Source: Gemmiger formicilis
Lineage (GTDB): Bacteria; Bacillota_I; Bacilli_A; RFN20; CAG-826
Assembly: GCA_963612735.1 (NCBI GenBank)
Contig: CAVDWX010000092.1
Span: 3,439 to 67,438 of the forward strand
Length of the DNA: 64,000 nucleotides
Reading direction: 5' to 3'
The notes beneath the pieces are model-generated. The model was not told where the DNA came from. It saw nothing but the letters and a program-made list of their open reading frames with translations, and did no database searches. Each line of letters opens with the position of its first letter. The stretch's first letter is position 1. A program made the translations under genes and the position numbers. Positions 32,299 to 40,680 of this stretch are shown here, piece by piece.

Positions 32299-32334
32299 GC
32301 AATTTTTTCATATCTTAAAATAAAATGAAGAGCG

Positions 32335-33255
32335 CTAACTCTCCATATTTAAATAGTTAATTGCTTTACGGGCAGCAATGGCTCCATCCGCGCAAGCGGT
32401 AATAACTTGTTTTATCGGCTTATCAAGGCAATCGCCAGCTCCAAATAAGCCCATTTCTTCCGCCCCGCTATGTTTAATTTGGTCAATAGTAAAAGGAACA
32501 CTGTCGGGCAATATTTTTATCGGCACCTTATTAATTTTTTGTCCAATGGCAACGAAGATACTGTTAACCACCAAACTATCATTAATTTTTACTGCATCTG
32601 CATTTTTCATTTCTTCAACTTGGTTGACAGTAAAATTTGGTATCCAGATGCAACGAGGATTATTAAGCAATTTATCTATAACGATTTGTTCGCCGTAAAA
32701 TTTATCTCCTTTAGTAAGTAAGTAGATATTGCCTTCCTTATTAAGGTTTAATAACTCAGTTGCATAAGCTAAAGCACTATTGCCATCTCCCACAACTGCA
32801 ATGGCAGGGTCAGATGCATGTAAAGCACCATCACAAGAAGTACAATAAGAAACAAAACCTTTTTCCGTTAATTGGTACTCATTAGGTAAATCTAAATGTA
32901 CTGGATCGGCACCGGTTGCAATGATAATTACATCAAATAAGTTGTTCTCTACTTCTTCTACCATCTGCAATTGCCAACATTTTCTGTTGGTATTAAATTT
33001 TATATTTAATACGGTATCAAAAGTTAAATTAAGTTCACCTTGTTCTTCAATTTGGTCTATAATGCTCCAACAGTAATCTAAACCAGAAATTGACTTGACA
33101 CCTGGGATATTTTCAATTAAAGGCGCACGACTAGCTTGACCGCCTACGGCATCTTTTTCAATGAGGGTCGTTTTATACCCTGCACGTGTTAAAAATAAAG
33201 CCGCCGTTAAACCTGCAGGTCCGGCTCCAATAATTGCTATTCGTTTATTATTCAT
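32335..33255 (-). CDS. trxB: thioredoxin reductase-like FAD/NAD(P) oxidoreductase
   Basis: N-terminal IAIIGAGPAGLTAA FAD fold, redox-active CTSCDGA (CxxC of TrxB), C-terminal GAGD. Confidence 0.7.
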   Translation of the reverse strand: MNNKRIAIIGAGPAGLTAALFLTRAGYKTTLIEKDAVGGQASRAPLIENIPGVKSISGLDYCWSIIDQIEEQGELNLTFDTVLNIKFNTNRKCWQLQMVEEVENNLFDVIIIATGADPVHLDLPNEYQLTEKGFVSYCTSCDGALHASDPAIAVVGDGNSALAYATELLNLNKEGNIYLLTKGDKFYGEQIVIDKLLNNPRCIWIPNFTVNQVEEMKNADAVKINDSLVVNSIFVAIGQKINKVPIKILPDSVPFTIDQIKHSGAEEMGLFGAGDCLDKPIKQVITACADGAIAARKAINYLNMES

Positions 33256-33278
33256 AAAATTATCTCCTTACTATAATT

Positions 33279-33353
33279 GTGGCACGGGTTAAAAGACTTG
33301 GACTCTTACTGGCGGTTTTGGAGGCCGACGTGCTACCATTACACTAAACCCGC
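33279..33353 (-). tRNA. degenerate tRNA-like element with anticodon-loop CCA (tRNA-Trp-like)
   Basis: Minus strand GCGGGTT-TA-GTGT-AATGGTA-GCAC-G-TCGGC-CTCCAAA-ACCGC-CAGT-AAGAG-TCCAAGT-CTTTT-AACCCGT-G-CCA. Acceptor has 7 bp with G1-U72, G73 and CCA. Anticodon stem is weak and the T-loop is atypical (TCCAAGT). Confidence 0.4.
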
Positions 33354-33356
33354 ATA

Positions 33357-33466
33357 TGGGGAGATATACCGGATTTGAACCGATGCCGAAAGAGCCACAA
33401 TCTTTTGTGCTGCCCCGGCTCCCGCAGCTTGGAAGGCTGCCATACAAAGCTGTTATACGAATACCC
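33357..33466 (-). ncRNA. tRNA-like structured RNA (T-arm GGTTCAAATCC, ends CCCA); candidate Y-RNA-like or pseudo-tRNA
   Basis: Minus strand ...GGCATCGGTTCAAATCCGGTATATCTCCCCA sits 3 nt upstream of the previous element. The 5' GGGGTAT can pair with 3' ATATCTC, enclosing about 110 nt, too long for a canonical tRNA. It lies in the GC-rich leader between the promoter at 33518..33545 and trxB. Confidence 0.3.
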
Positions 33467-33517
33467 CATTGGGTAACCCAAAGCATTTAAACTTTGAACT
33501 ACCTATACGATTAATAT

Positions 33518-33545
33518 ATTATATTCAATTTTCTCGTTTTGTCAA
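33518..33545 (-). promoter_or_regulatory. sigma70 promoter (TTGACA-16-TATAAT)
   Basis: cttgacaaaacgagaaaattgaatataatat on the minus strand. Confidence 0.6.
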
Positions 33546-33555
33546 GAAAACTTTT

Positions 33556-34026
33556 CTAATCTTCTATATCACTGCCATCAGGTGCAAAACACTCAATACC
33601 GGCATAAATGCAATCTTTATTTTCATAATCGATATCTAAAAGGAAGTTATAAAATCGTATCGCTCCTCGGTATTCATCAAGGTCGTCATTAACTATTCTT
33701 AAATCATGGTTTAAATCTGCTAAAATTTCAAGTTTATCTTGTAGAGAATTATTTGTATTATAGACATCTTCTTTTTGTTGTTGGACTGCACGCATATCTT
33801 CTATACAACTATCGACTTTATCGTTTAACCAAGTTTTGATTAAACTAATAGTATCTTTAGATATTGGTTTTGCTACACGATAATCTTCCTCTTTGTATAC
33901 AAAATGCGCAATATGATTACCAATCATTGCACTAAAGCTATCTCGAATATAACCACCATATGAAAATAGCGGTGTATATGTATTTGTTTTTTTATTTTTA
34001 AGATAAAAGCTTACATATTCACTCAT
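33556..34026 (-). CDS. hypothetical protein (156 aa)
   Basis: Intact ORF. Confidence 0.4.
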   Translation of the reverse strand: MSEYVSFYLKNKKTNTYTPLFSYGGYIRDSFSAMIGNHIAHFVYKEEDYRVAKPISKDTISLIKTWLNDKVDSCIEDMRAVQQQKEDVYNTNNSLQDKLEILADLNHDLRIVNDDLDEYRGAIRFYNFLLDIDYENKDCIYAGIECFAPDGSDIED

Positions 34027-34113
34027 AATAATTTTTCCTTTCTTTAAATTTATTTTATGATTACCTAGTTTCTATCAAAAATGATTTGCTTATGTGTAGG
34101 CTGTCTTAAATTT

Positions 34114-35655
34114 TTAATTTAATCTAATACTGGTGTATCTAGGCTTATTTAATACCTCAACCATATAATCATATGGTGTATGAACTTTACCTTGAAGTAA
34201 ATCGGCGAATACAGTTGAGGCTTTACCGCATACCATTTGAACGTAAGGCATACTTGCAATTGTATGGAAGGTGTCTTGTCTTGCATCTACATTCCAAAAT
34301 ACAATATTTGGCAATTGATAGCCCATTACTTCAAATTTATTTCTCATCATATTATAGAATGTATCGAACGTACCGTTATAGTCGGTAGTTTCATCGAATT
34401 CCATATCTGTGATAAGGATTAAATTTTTTGGCATCTCTTCTTGAGATAGATGATTTGTTACAGCAGTTTGTAAGATTAAATCGAACACTGCTTCCATATT
34501 TGTATTGGCAACTTTGCATGGAATAACATTTAACTTTTCAGCTAAACTTGCATTTTCCGGCAAAGTAACCCATTTAGCTTCGCGGCTAAAAACCATCATT
34601 TTATTATGATATGCTCCTGTGTTTCTCTCAGCAAAGTAAACTGCTAAGCTTAAAGCTACATTTAATGGTTGGGTTTCCATAGAACCAGATGTATCGGCAA
34701 CAACAATTGTATTGCTATTTGCATTTTGTGGAATGTAGTTATTTAAACTTTTCCACATAGCTTCTACTTCAGGTATCGGTTGTAATTGATGGTTATACCA
34801 TGCATACCAATTTTTCATGTACTTTTGCACTATTTTATAAGGGAATAAGTGTCCAACATTCATTTTTGCTGCTACTTCTTTCCCATTAACAGTAATAGTT
34901 TTACCTTCTTGTACAGCTTCGACATACTCTTGGAAACGAGCCTTATCGTGACGATTGAACGCCTTAATATATTTAGCCATTGCATTGCCCGGAACCTCAT
35001 TATAATTCACATCAGACCATCTGTTGTCTGAAATGATAGGTTCTAATACCTTACCATATTTTCGTAAAGTACTAAGCATTTTACGATATGCAGGCACTGT
35101 TAAGCCGAATGCTTTTGCAGTTTTTAAGCCTAATCGTCTAGATTCATCAGATGATGTATTTGTAGATTTTAACCATTTAGCTAATATACTAATTGGTTGA
35201 TGATTTCTAAAATTTTGACAATCGTGTCGAAAAATAAATTTAAGATAGTCAAACATTTCTTCTTCACAAGGAGTGCCTTCTAAAGCGTAATAATCGTCAG
35301 CACGACCAAAAAAGCCAATATTATCAAAATTCTTAATTAATATTTCTGGATGGCACGATGCTAACCAACGAAGACAAGTGCGGAAAGTTTGTCTTTCTCC
35401 TAAGCCTTCTTTAATATCTCGTGCATAAAAAATTGTCTTTAGAGTTAACTCAGGGTTTTCATCCCAAGCCATTGTAAGATGTTTATAAATGTCTGTATCG
35501 TCACGGTCACGAATTGACCCTATAATAGCGAACAAATCTAAACATTTAGACATTGTAGTGTTTAAAGCAGGTTGACCATTTTCGGTTACCTTTTGTGCAG
35601 ACATATTGTCCATTGCATTAACAAAATTGATACTCATAAATTTTTTCCTTTCCAA
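34114..35655 (-). CDS. Ro60/Rsr-like protein: TROVE-related DUF2828 N-domain + C-terminal von Willebrand A domain
   Basis: N-terminal TENGQPALNTTMSKCLDLFAIIGSIR...ENPELTLKTIFYARDIKEGLGERQTFR matches the DUF2828/TROVE-like pattern (TENGA..TTGS.LLD.F...R....DP.L...LFY.RD.R.G.GER..FR). C-terminal IVVADTSGSM is a MIDAS motif of a vWA domain. Confidence 0.6.
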   Translation of the reverse strand: MERKKFMSINFVNAMDNMSAQKVTENGQPALNTTMSKCLDLFAIIGSIRDRDDTDIYKHLTMAWDENPELTLKTIFYARDIKEGLGERQTFRTCLRWLASCHPEILIKNFDNIGFFGRADDYYALEGTPCEEEMFDYLKFIFRHDCQNFRNHQPISILAKWLKSTNTSSDESRRLGLKTAKAFGLTVPAYRKMLSTLRKYGKVLEPIISDNRWSDVNYNEVPGNAMAKYIKAFNRHDKARFQEYVEAVQEGKTITVNGKEVAAKMNVGHLFPYKIVQKYMKNWYAWYNHQLQPIPEVEAMWKSLNNYIPQNANSNTIVVADTSGSMETQPLNVALSLAVYFAERNTGAYHNKMMVFSREAKWVTLPENASLAEKLNVIPCKVANTNMEAVFDLILQTAVTNHLSQEEMPKNLILITDMEFDETTDYNGTFDTFYNMMRNKFEVMGYQLPNIVFWNVDARQDTFHTIASMPYVQMVCGKASTVFADLLQGKVHTPYDYMVEVLNKPRYTSIRLN

Positions 35656-35837
35656 GACGCTAAAAGATTTATTTGATAGAATAAGTAACTAATTGTAATT
35701 CTTTTTATATTGCTGAAAGCGTCTTTATACTAGACCCGTTGACAATCGGTTTAAATGACGATAATATTGTGAAAATATGTTGTTTTACGAATTAGCTGTT
35801 AGGGTCTATTTTCTTTCTTTCTTATCTTTACATAAAT

Positions 35838-35866
35838 ATTATACTAAAAATTTTTTGATTTGTCAA
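35838..35866 (-). promoter_or_regulatory. sigma70 consensus promoter overlapping the 3' end of the upstream gene
   Basis: cttgacaaatcaaaaaatttttagtataatat on the minus strand. The TTGACA lies in the last codons of 35844..36479. Confidence 0.65.
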
Positions 35867-36479
35867 GAGAATTTTTTAACATTTCGTCTAAAATTTCCGC
35901 AGTTCTATAATGAGTAGATAAAGCGTTGAAATTCTCCCAAAAACCTTCACAATCAACAATAATTTGTTCAATACTAACTACTTGATTATGATGACAATCA
36001 AGTCCAACGTTATACATCCACGGCACATATTTAATAGCATCATAATAAAATGGACAAAGACTTTGATGAGTATGCCCATACAAATTAATAAGACACTTAT
36101 GTAAACTTGCTTTATCATCTGATGTAATAGTTGGATAATGACTAAGCCAAAAATGATATTTACCATATTTAAGCGGTTTTGCGTATGTAACTTCTACTAC
36201 ATTTGGAAAAGTGCGGTATAATTCAATGCGGCGCTCCGTGTCGTGATTACCGCAAATGATATGTAATCGACCTTTTAAACTTTTAATTTGATTATGAACG
36301 GCAGGAGAATCCGTAAGCATTAAATCTCCCAAAATATAAACATCGTCTTCATCTTTGACAGTAGTGTTCCATTTGAAGATAACATCTTTAGTCATCTCAT
36401 CAAGGCTATTATAGCCTCGTGGTTTATATAGAAACTCTTTATTATGTCCAAAATGTAAATCAGATGTAAAATATATCAT
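35844..36479 (-). CDS. calcineurin-like metallophosphoesterase
   Basis: DLHFGH...GDL...GNHD...GHTH motifs. Confidence 0.65.
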   Translation of the reverse strand: MIYFTSDLHFGHNKEFLYKPRGYNSLDEMTKDVIFKWNTTVKDEDDVYILGDLMLTDSPAVHNQIKSLKGRLHIICGNHDTERRIELYRTFPNVVEVTYAKPLKYGKYHFWLSHYPTITSDDKASLHKCLINLYGHTHQSLCPFYYDAIKYVPWMYNVGLDCHHNQVVSIEQIIVDCEGFWENFNALSTHYRTAEILDEMLKNSLDKSKNF

Positions 36480-36493
36480 AATCTTCTCCTTTC

Positions 36494-36589
36494 GTTTAAA
36501 GGAATATACTAATTCGGAGTCTTTATTTGCCTATACGACAGAATTAGTATATTCCTTTAAACGGCGAGTTTTCATTAGAGACTCGCCGG
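36494..36589 (-). promoter_or_regulatory. two large hairpins immediately upstream of the phosphoesterase RBS
   Basis: 18-bp perfect inverted repeat aaaggaatatactaattc/gaattagtatattccttt and hairpin cggcgagt...actcgccg, sitting between the tRNA-Ala-like element and the RBS aaaggagaag. Confidence 0.4.
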
Positions 36590-36608
36590 CTCCCCGTTAA
36601 TCAAATAT

Positions 36609-36690
36609 GGTGGATTTTATGGGATTTGAACCCATCTGAAAATTTCCTGCTTGCAAGGCAAGCGACCACCCCTAGCAGTCCCAAAACCCA
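36609..36690 (-). tRNA. tRNA-Ala(UGC)-like with 10-nt variable loop
   Basis: Minus strand GGGTTTT-GG-GACT-GCTAGGGGT-GGTC-G-CTTGC-CTTGCAA-GCAGG-AAATTTTCAG-ATGGG-TTCAAAT-CCCAT-AAAATCC-A-CCA. Has G3-U70 and A73 (Ala identity elements) and anticodon UGC. The anticodon arm is nearly identical to E. coli tRNA-Ala. Confidence 0.5.
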
Positions 36691-36699
36691 TTTCTAGGA

Positions 36700-37660
36700 T
36701 GATTTAGGCTCATCACTCCCACACCGATTTATTTTTAAGAGTAAAATAGTGTGCTTATTTTGTCTCTCTAAACGGGCGTCCCCGGTCTTGCCGGCCCCAG
36801 CCCCAACCATAATACGGAAGAGTTCGCGATGGGTCGTCGCGCTCTTGCTTCGGGTGTTCGTTATGGACAGGTGGTAATCATTCGGATTCATATTTGATTA
36901 CTCTCATTCTGCGTCCACCTTGTATCGTCCGCCAACGTATTACTGTAATGCAACTTATTGAGATATCTTTCGATTAGGTAGTTGCTAAACCTACCAACTA
37001 ATGTATGGGCACAGCCAGTTGTTTTTTATACGAGTTTCTAGGTGAGGCGTACCATTCTACTGTCTCTCGGGCTATTTTGGTTTAACTTTGATAGATACCA
37101 ACCTACCAATGGGTCTTGCAGTTATCGAGCGTCAGTCCCAACTGGACACGGCGCACTTAGTTAATGATGAGACCCCTGTCTCATTGTTATCATTAACAAA
37201 TGCAGCAATCAATTATAAGCCTATAATGTTCTGTAGTTTAAATATCATTGCGATAAGGCACTACATAGCCCCCAACTTGTAATTTTTACGTGTTTGAGGT
37301 ATTGGATACCCTACTGACTTCACGGTGATTATCGGCACCACAAGCGCTTTTTCGCATTACAACTTTTTTCGACTTCGACGGGAAAATAAGTAACGATACA
37401 AGTCTATCCGTATAAGCCACGGAGGCTATATTTGCACAAAACCTTCAATTATTTAAAGTCGTTTTATGTCCAAGACCGAAGTTGTGCGCTGGCGTTTCGA
37501 CTTTTATGCAGAGTTCCGTTTTGACGGACTTTCTTGTTCCTTAGCATTAGAACGGAGACCACGATTAGAATTGCACTAATCACTATCCATTAGGGCGGCC
37601 ATCGGTAGGCGGGATGATGAACATCCCTTTAAAGGTTTTTTATTTTTCTTTTCTTATCAA
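36700..37660 (-). ncRNA. roughly 1-kb GC-elevated structured noncoding RNA upstream of, and co-transcribed with, the tRNA-Ala-like element
   Basis: No ORF longer than 65 codons on either strand. GC content far above the flanks. Many long-range complementary segments. Transcribed from the promoter at 37671..37699. Confidence 0.45.
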
Positions 37661-37670
37661 TTACATAAAT

Positions 37671-37699
37671 ATTATACTAAATTTTTTACTACTTGTCAA
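37671..37699 (-). promoter_or_regulatory. sigma70 consensus promoter
   Basis: cttgacaagtagtaaaaaatttagtataatat on the minus strand. Confidence 0.65.
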
Positions 37700-37732
37700 G
37701 AAATTTATTCAACTTTTTGAAAAATTTTATTG

Positions 37733-38095
37733 CTAAGGAAGTGGAACCCAATGGCTAGTATCATTATTCCAATATAAGTCCACACCGGTTACATCGTAAG
37801 GATTACCCCAACAATCATAAATTAACCCTTGTTTAATTTGACAAAGCATTCCTAGTCGTTCAGATGAACGCTTTACAGAAAGTAAATCTGTATCAAGAGA
37901 ACGAGCTAGTTGAACTATTTTTTGATACACACCGATACCTTTTGCACGATAAAGATGCGGAGAAACGGCACGATTAACTTCAACTAAACTACGACGTTCC
38001 ATCGCATTGAGTGTTGCCGCCGATAAATTTAGTACCTTAGCAGTATACCAACCATCAGATGGAAAATTTGATAACTCATTAACATAATCTGCCAT
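37733..38095 (-). CDS. hypothetical protein (120 aa)
   Basis: Intact ORF downstream of the promoter at 38148..38176. Confidence 0.45.
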   Translation of the reverse strand: MADYVNELSNFPSDGWYTAKVLNLSAATLNAMERRSLVEVNRAVSPHLYRAKGIGVYQKIVQLARSLDTDLLSVKRSSERLGMLCQIKQGLIYDCWGNPYDVTGVDLYWNNDTSHWVPLP

Positions 38096-38147
38096 AACGA
38101 TTTTCTCCTTTATTTTTAATTTTATCTTTTATTTTATTTACATTATT

Positions 38148-38176
38148 ATTATACTAGATTTTTAACATCTTGTCAA
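38148..38176 (-). promoter_or_regulatory. sigma70 consensus promoter
   Basis: cttgacaagatgttaaaaatctagtataat on the minus strand. Confidence 0.6.
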
Positions 38177-38187
38177 GCAATTTGATT

Positions 38188-38225
38188 ATTTTTTCGTTAA
38201 AAAAGAGCAAGGGACTTAACTCCAC
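38188..38225 (-). terminator. rho-independent terminator
   Basis: gagcaagtggagttaagtcccttgctc hairpin followed by TTTTTT on the minus strand. Confidence 0.6.
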
Positions 38226-38261
38226 TTGCTCGTAAAACGGGAATGATGACCGTGCGACTTA

Positions 38262-38372
38262 ATTAACTAAGTCTTCGGTGCTATACGAGCAAGGTATGAC
38301 TAAAGAGCAACAAGGTTCGCTTACTGTAAAATCATTATTTTGTAATGGTGTAACAAATGTAATGTTTGTCAT
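38262..38372 (-). CDS. Cys-rich micropeptide (37 aa) with dedicated promoter and terminator
   Basis: MTNITFVTPLQNNDFTVSEPCCSLVIPCSYSTEDLVN. RBS aaaggagac. Promoter at 38423..38451 upstream and terminator at 38188..38225 downstream. Confidence 0.4.
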
Positions 38373-38422
38373 AATCTTTAGTCTCCTTTATAAAATTTCT
38401 TTTTATTTTTATTTACAATTAT

Positions 38423-38451
38423 ATTATAGCAAATTTTTCACGTTTTGTCAA
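38423..38451 (-). promoter_or_regulatory. sigma70 consensus promoter
   Basis: cttgacaaaacgtgaaaaatttgctataatat on the minus strand. Confidence 0.6.
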
Positions 38452-38484
38452 GAAAATTTTGCGTTCTTTTGAAAAATTTTTCCG

Positions 38485-38694
38485 CTACTCATCAAATGAG
38501 TTAAGTTTACGATGTTTAGGATGCCGAGAAAATTTCGTCTTATCACGAAAGGTAATCGCCCTAAACTTTTGTTGTGCTGCTAAATGGCCCTTTGCAGGCA
38601 CTTCTTTTTCAAGCACCTGCACTTTACCATTAAAGGTTTTAATTTTAATTTTTATTGCCATGGCTCTTCCTCTTCTTCCATTCCAAACTCCCAA
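38485..38694 (-). CDS. small basic protein (likely starting MAIKIKIK at 38661)
   Basis: Lys/Arg-rich 57-69 aa ORF. It overlaps the 3' end of 38652..39098 in another frame. Confidence 0.3.
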   Translation of the reverse strand: MGVWNGRRGRAMAIKIKIKTFNGKVQVLEKEVPAKGHLAAQQKFRAITFRDKTKFSRHPKHRKLNSFDE

Positions 38695-39098
38695 TCTAGT
38701 ACTTCGCCATCTATTTCTTCCCTAAAAGCACACCAAACATCTTCTTCTAAAAAATCACGAATTGCAGGGATTAAGTTAAAAGTAGGTCTTGTCGCTGTAA
38801 AGCGAATATCTTCTACTTGTACATCTACTAATGGTGCTATACCTCGATTTACTCTGATTTCATTAATATCATTAAGACGACCATTATTTTCCCAAATATT
38901 TACTAAATCTTCTTCAGTAAAGAAAGGAATCGATGCACCTTCTTCTACTGGGCGAAAAGTTTTTTGTAAAAATTCATTAAATTTTTCAATATACTCAGCA
39001 TTAAGCTCCATAACATTAATATACTCTACACGTTCAACAGAACGAATTACTAATTGTCTACTCACAATTAATTTCCTCCTTATTTCTTCCAAGGCCAT
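38652..39098 (-). CDS. hypothetical acidic protein immediately downstream of the sigma factor gene
   Basis: 148-aa ORF ending EEEEEPWQ. Its start overlaps the sigma gene stop. Confidence 0.45.
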   Translation of the reverse strand: MALEEIRRKLIVSRQLVIRSVERVEYINVMELNAEYIEKFNEFLQKTFRPVEEGASIPFFTEEDLVNIWENNGRLNDINEIRVNRGIAPLVDVQVEDIRFTATRPTFNLIPAIRDFLEEDVWCAFREEIDGEVLDWEFGMEEEEEPWQ

Positions 39099-39919
39099 GC
39101 TGCCTTTAATTTTTGTAAACTTGCTTTTTCGATTTGTCTAACTCTTTCACGAGTTAAGTTTAATTCAGCTCCAACTTCATCTAAAGTATGAGTTTTTGTC
39201 CAATTAATTGGGTCACCATTTTCAACCTTACCTAAACCCATACGCATTTTAATTACTATTTGTTCACGTGGTTTTAAAACGGTCTTAATTAAATCTTGAA
39301 TTACTTCTTCTTTTTCCTTACGAACTGCAAAATGTTCAGGTGTTTCGCTTCTTGTGTCTGCTTGTAAGTCACTTAAAGTGTCACCATCATCTCCTAATGG
39401 TGTTTCAAGACTTACAGTGTCATAGCGCCAACCTTCCAAGTCAGCAACCTTTTCTACATCGATGCCCATAACTTCTGCGATACGAGCAGGTGTGGCTTTT
39501 CCACCCTTACTTTCTAATTCAGCAATAGTTGCTCTATACTTGTTCAACATTTGATAAATATGAGCGGGAATACGGATAGTTTTTCCGCAATCAGTGATTG
39601 CTTTAGTAATGGCTTGACGAATCCAAGGAGTCGCACAAGTTGAGAAACGATAACCTAAGTCTGGATTGTATTTTTCAACCGCAGTGATTAAACCTAAATT
39701 TCCTTCAGCGATTAAGTCTAACTTTTCCATATGACTGTTTTGATAATTATTTGCAATTGATACAACCAATCTTAAGTTACTATTGATTAATTGTTCTTTC
39801 GCAGCGTGAGCAACTTCAGGGTCTTCGCTTCTCATTTTGTATGCTAATTCTCTTTCTTCATCTGCACTTAATAATTGATATTCACCAATTTCTTTCATAT
39901 ATTTATTTAATGCTGTCAT
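39080..39919 (-). CDS. phage-encoded sigma-70 family RNA polymerase sigma factor
   Basis: Region 2 (LRLVVSIANNYQN...DLIAEGNLGLITAVEKY), region 3 and region 4 (TLDEVGAELNLTRERVRQIEKASLQKLK). Confidence 0.8.
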   Translation of the reverse strand: MTALNKYMKEIGEYQLLSADEERELAYKMRSEDPEVAHAAKEQLINSNLRLVVSIANNYQNSHMEKLDLIAEGNLGLITAVEKYNPDLGYRFSTCATPWIRQAITKAITDCGKTIRIPAHIYQMLNKYRATIAELESKGGKATPARIAEVMGIDVEKVADLEGWRYDTVSLETPLGDDGDTLSDLQADTRSETPEHFAVRKEKEEVIQDLIKTVLKPREQIVIKMRMGLGKVENGDPINWTKTHTLDEVGAELNLTRERVRQIEKASLQKLKAAWPWKK

Positions 39920-39973
39920 ATACTTAAAACCTACCTTTTCTTTTTATTTTTCTTTTATTTTATTTATATTATA

Positions 39974-40002
39974 ATTATACGCCTTTTTGAATGATATGTC
40001 AA
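39974..40002 (-). promoter_or_regulatory. sigma70 consensus promoter for the sigma factor gene
   Basis: cttgacatatcattcaaaaaggcgtataat on the minus strand. Confidence 0.65.
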
Positions 40003-40018
40003 GAAAAATGCTCTATTT

Positions 40019-40324
40019 TTATTCATTTTCTTGGAAATCTTCTACAAACTCTATTATCGTATATAAAGCCTCACTAACTTGTTTAATATTTTTCAATCCC
40101 GGACGTAAGGTATATTTTGCTTTATGAGAATCCTTAGCATCCCCAATACCCCATTGTATTGAAATGGTAATTAAACAATCTTCAAGAGAACATTTTTCGC
40201 CAATTCGACAGATGCTAATATCTGAAATCGCAAACCATGATTCACCATGATAGTATTTTTTCATCTTTTTTTCAACAATATTTTCTATTTTTTGATAATC
40301 TTGCATTCCTAACATATTATTCAT
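40019..40324 (-). CDS. hypothetical protein
   Basis: Intact 101-aa ORF. Confidence 0.4.
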   Translation of the reverse strand: MNNMLGMQDYQKIENIVEKKMKKYYHGESWFAISDISICRIGEKCSLEDCLITISIQWGIGDAKDSHKAKYTLRPGLKNIKQVSEALYTIIEFVEDFQENE

Positions 40325-40565
40325 TTCCTTTCATTCTATTTTTTAATACTTCCACCCCCTCTAAAGCGCTTGCAATAACATAAAACACTCTAGGTCCGGC
40401 ATCGATATATAAGCGATTATCCATATACCAACAACGAGATATACCACAATTACGAACAGATGCCACTTCCCAAGCAGGTTTCATTACTTCATTTAAATTC
40501 TCTCCTTCACTAATAACTTCACCTGTAAAACTTTCTATTAAATAAAATCTATTTACATTTTCCAT
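40317..40565 (-). CDS. hypothetical protein
   Basis: Intact 82-aa ORF overlapping the next gene by 8 nt. Confidence 0.4.
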   Translation of the reverse strand: MENVNRFYLIESFTGEVISEGENLNEVMKPAWEVASVRNCGISRCWYMDNRLYIDAGPRVFYVIASALEGVEVLKNRMKGNE

Positions 40566-40623
40566 AATTCATACCTTACCTTTCTTAAGAAATAATATTT
40601 TACTTTTTATTTCTTATACTAAT

Positions 40624-40652
40624 ATTATACTCCTTTTTGAACGATATGTCAA
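40624..40652 (-). promoter_or_regulatory. sigma70 consensus promoter
   Basis: cttgacatatcgttcaaaaaggagtataat on the minus strand. Confidence 0.65.
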
Positions 40653-40680
40653 GAAAAATGCATATAAAAAAGGAAGATTT

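Noticed and set aside
36500-37660. tmRNA (ssrA) hypothesis: the minus strand ends ...GGGTTCAAATCCCATAAAATCCACCA (tRNA-like with ACCA) and the plus strand carries TTCGACTTCGACGGGAAAA resembling the tmRNA 5' GGATTCGACGGG box
   Set aside because: The two hallmark elements are on opposite strands. No tag-peptide reading frame (ANDENYALAA-like ending in a stop) was found. The 3' element folds convincingly as a self-contained tRNA-Ala with its own 5' acceptor strand 75 nt upstream.
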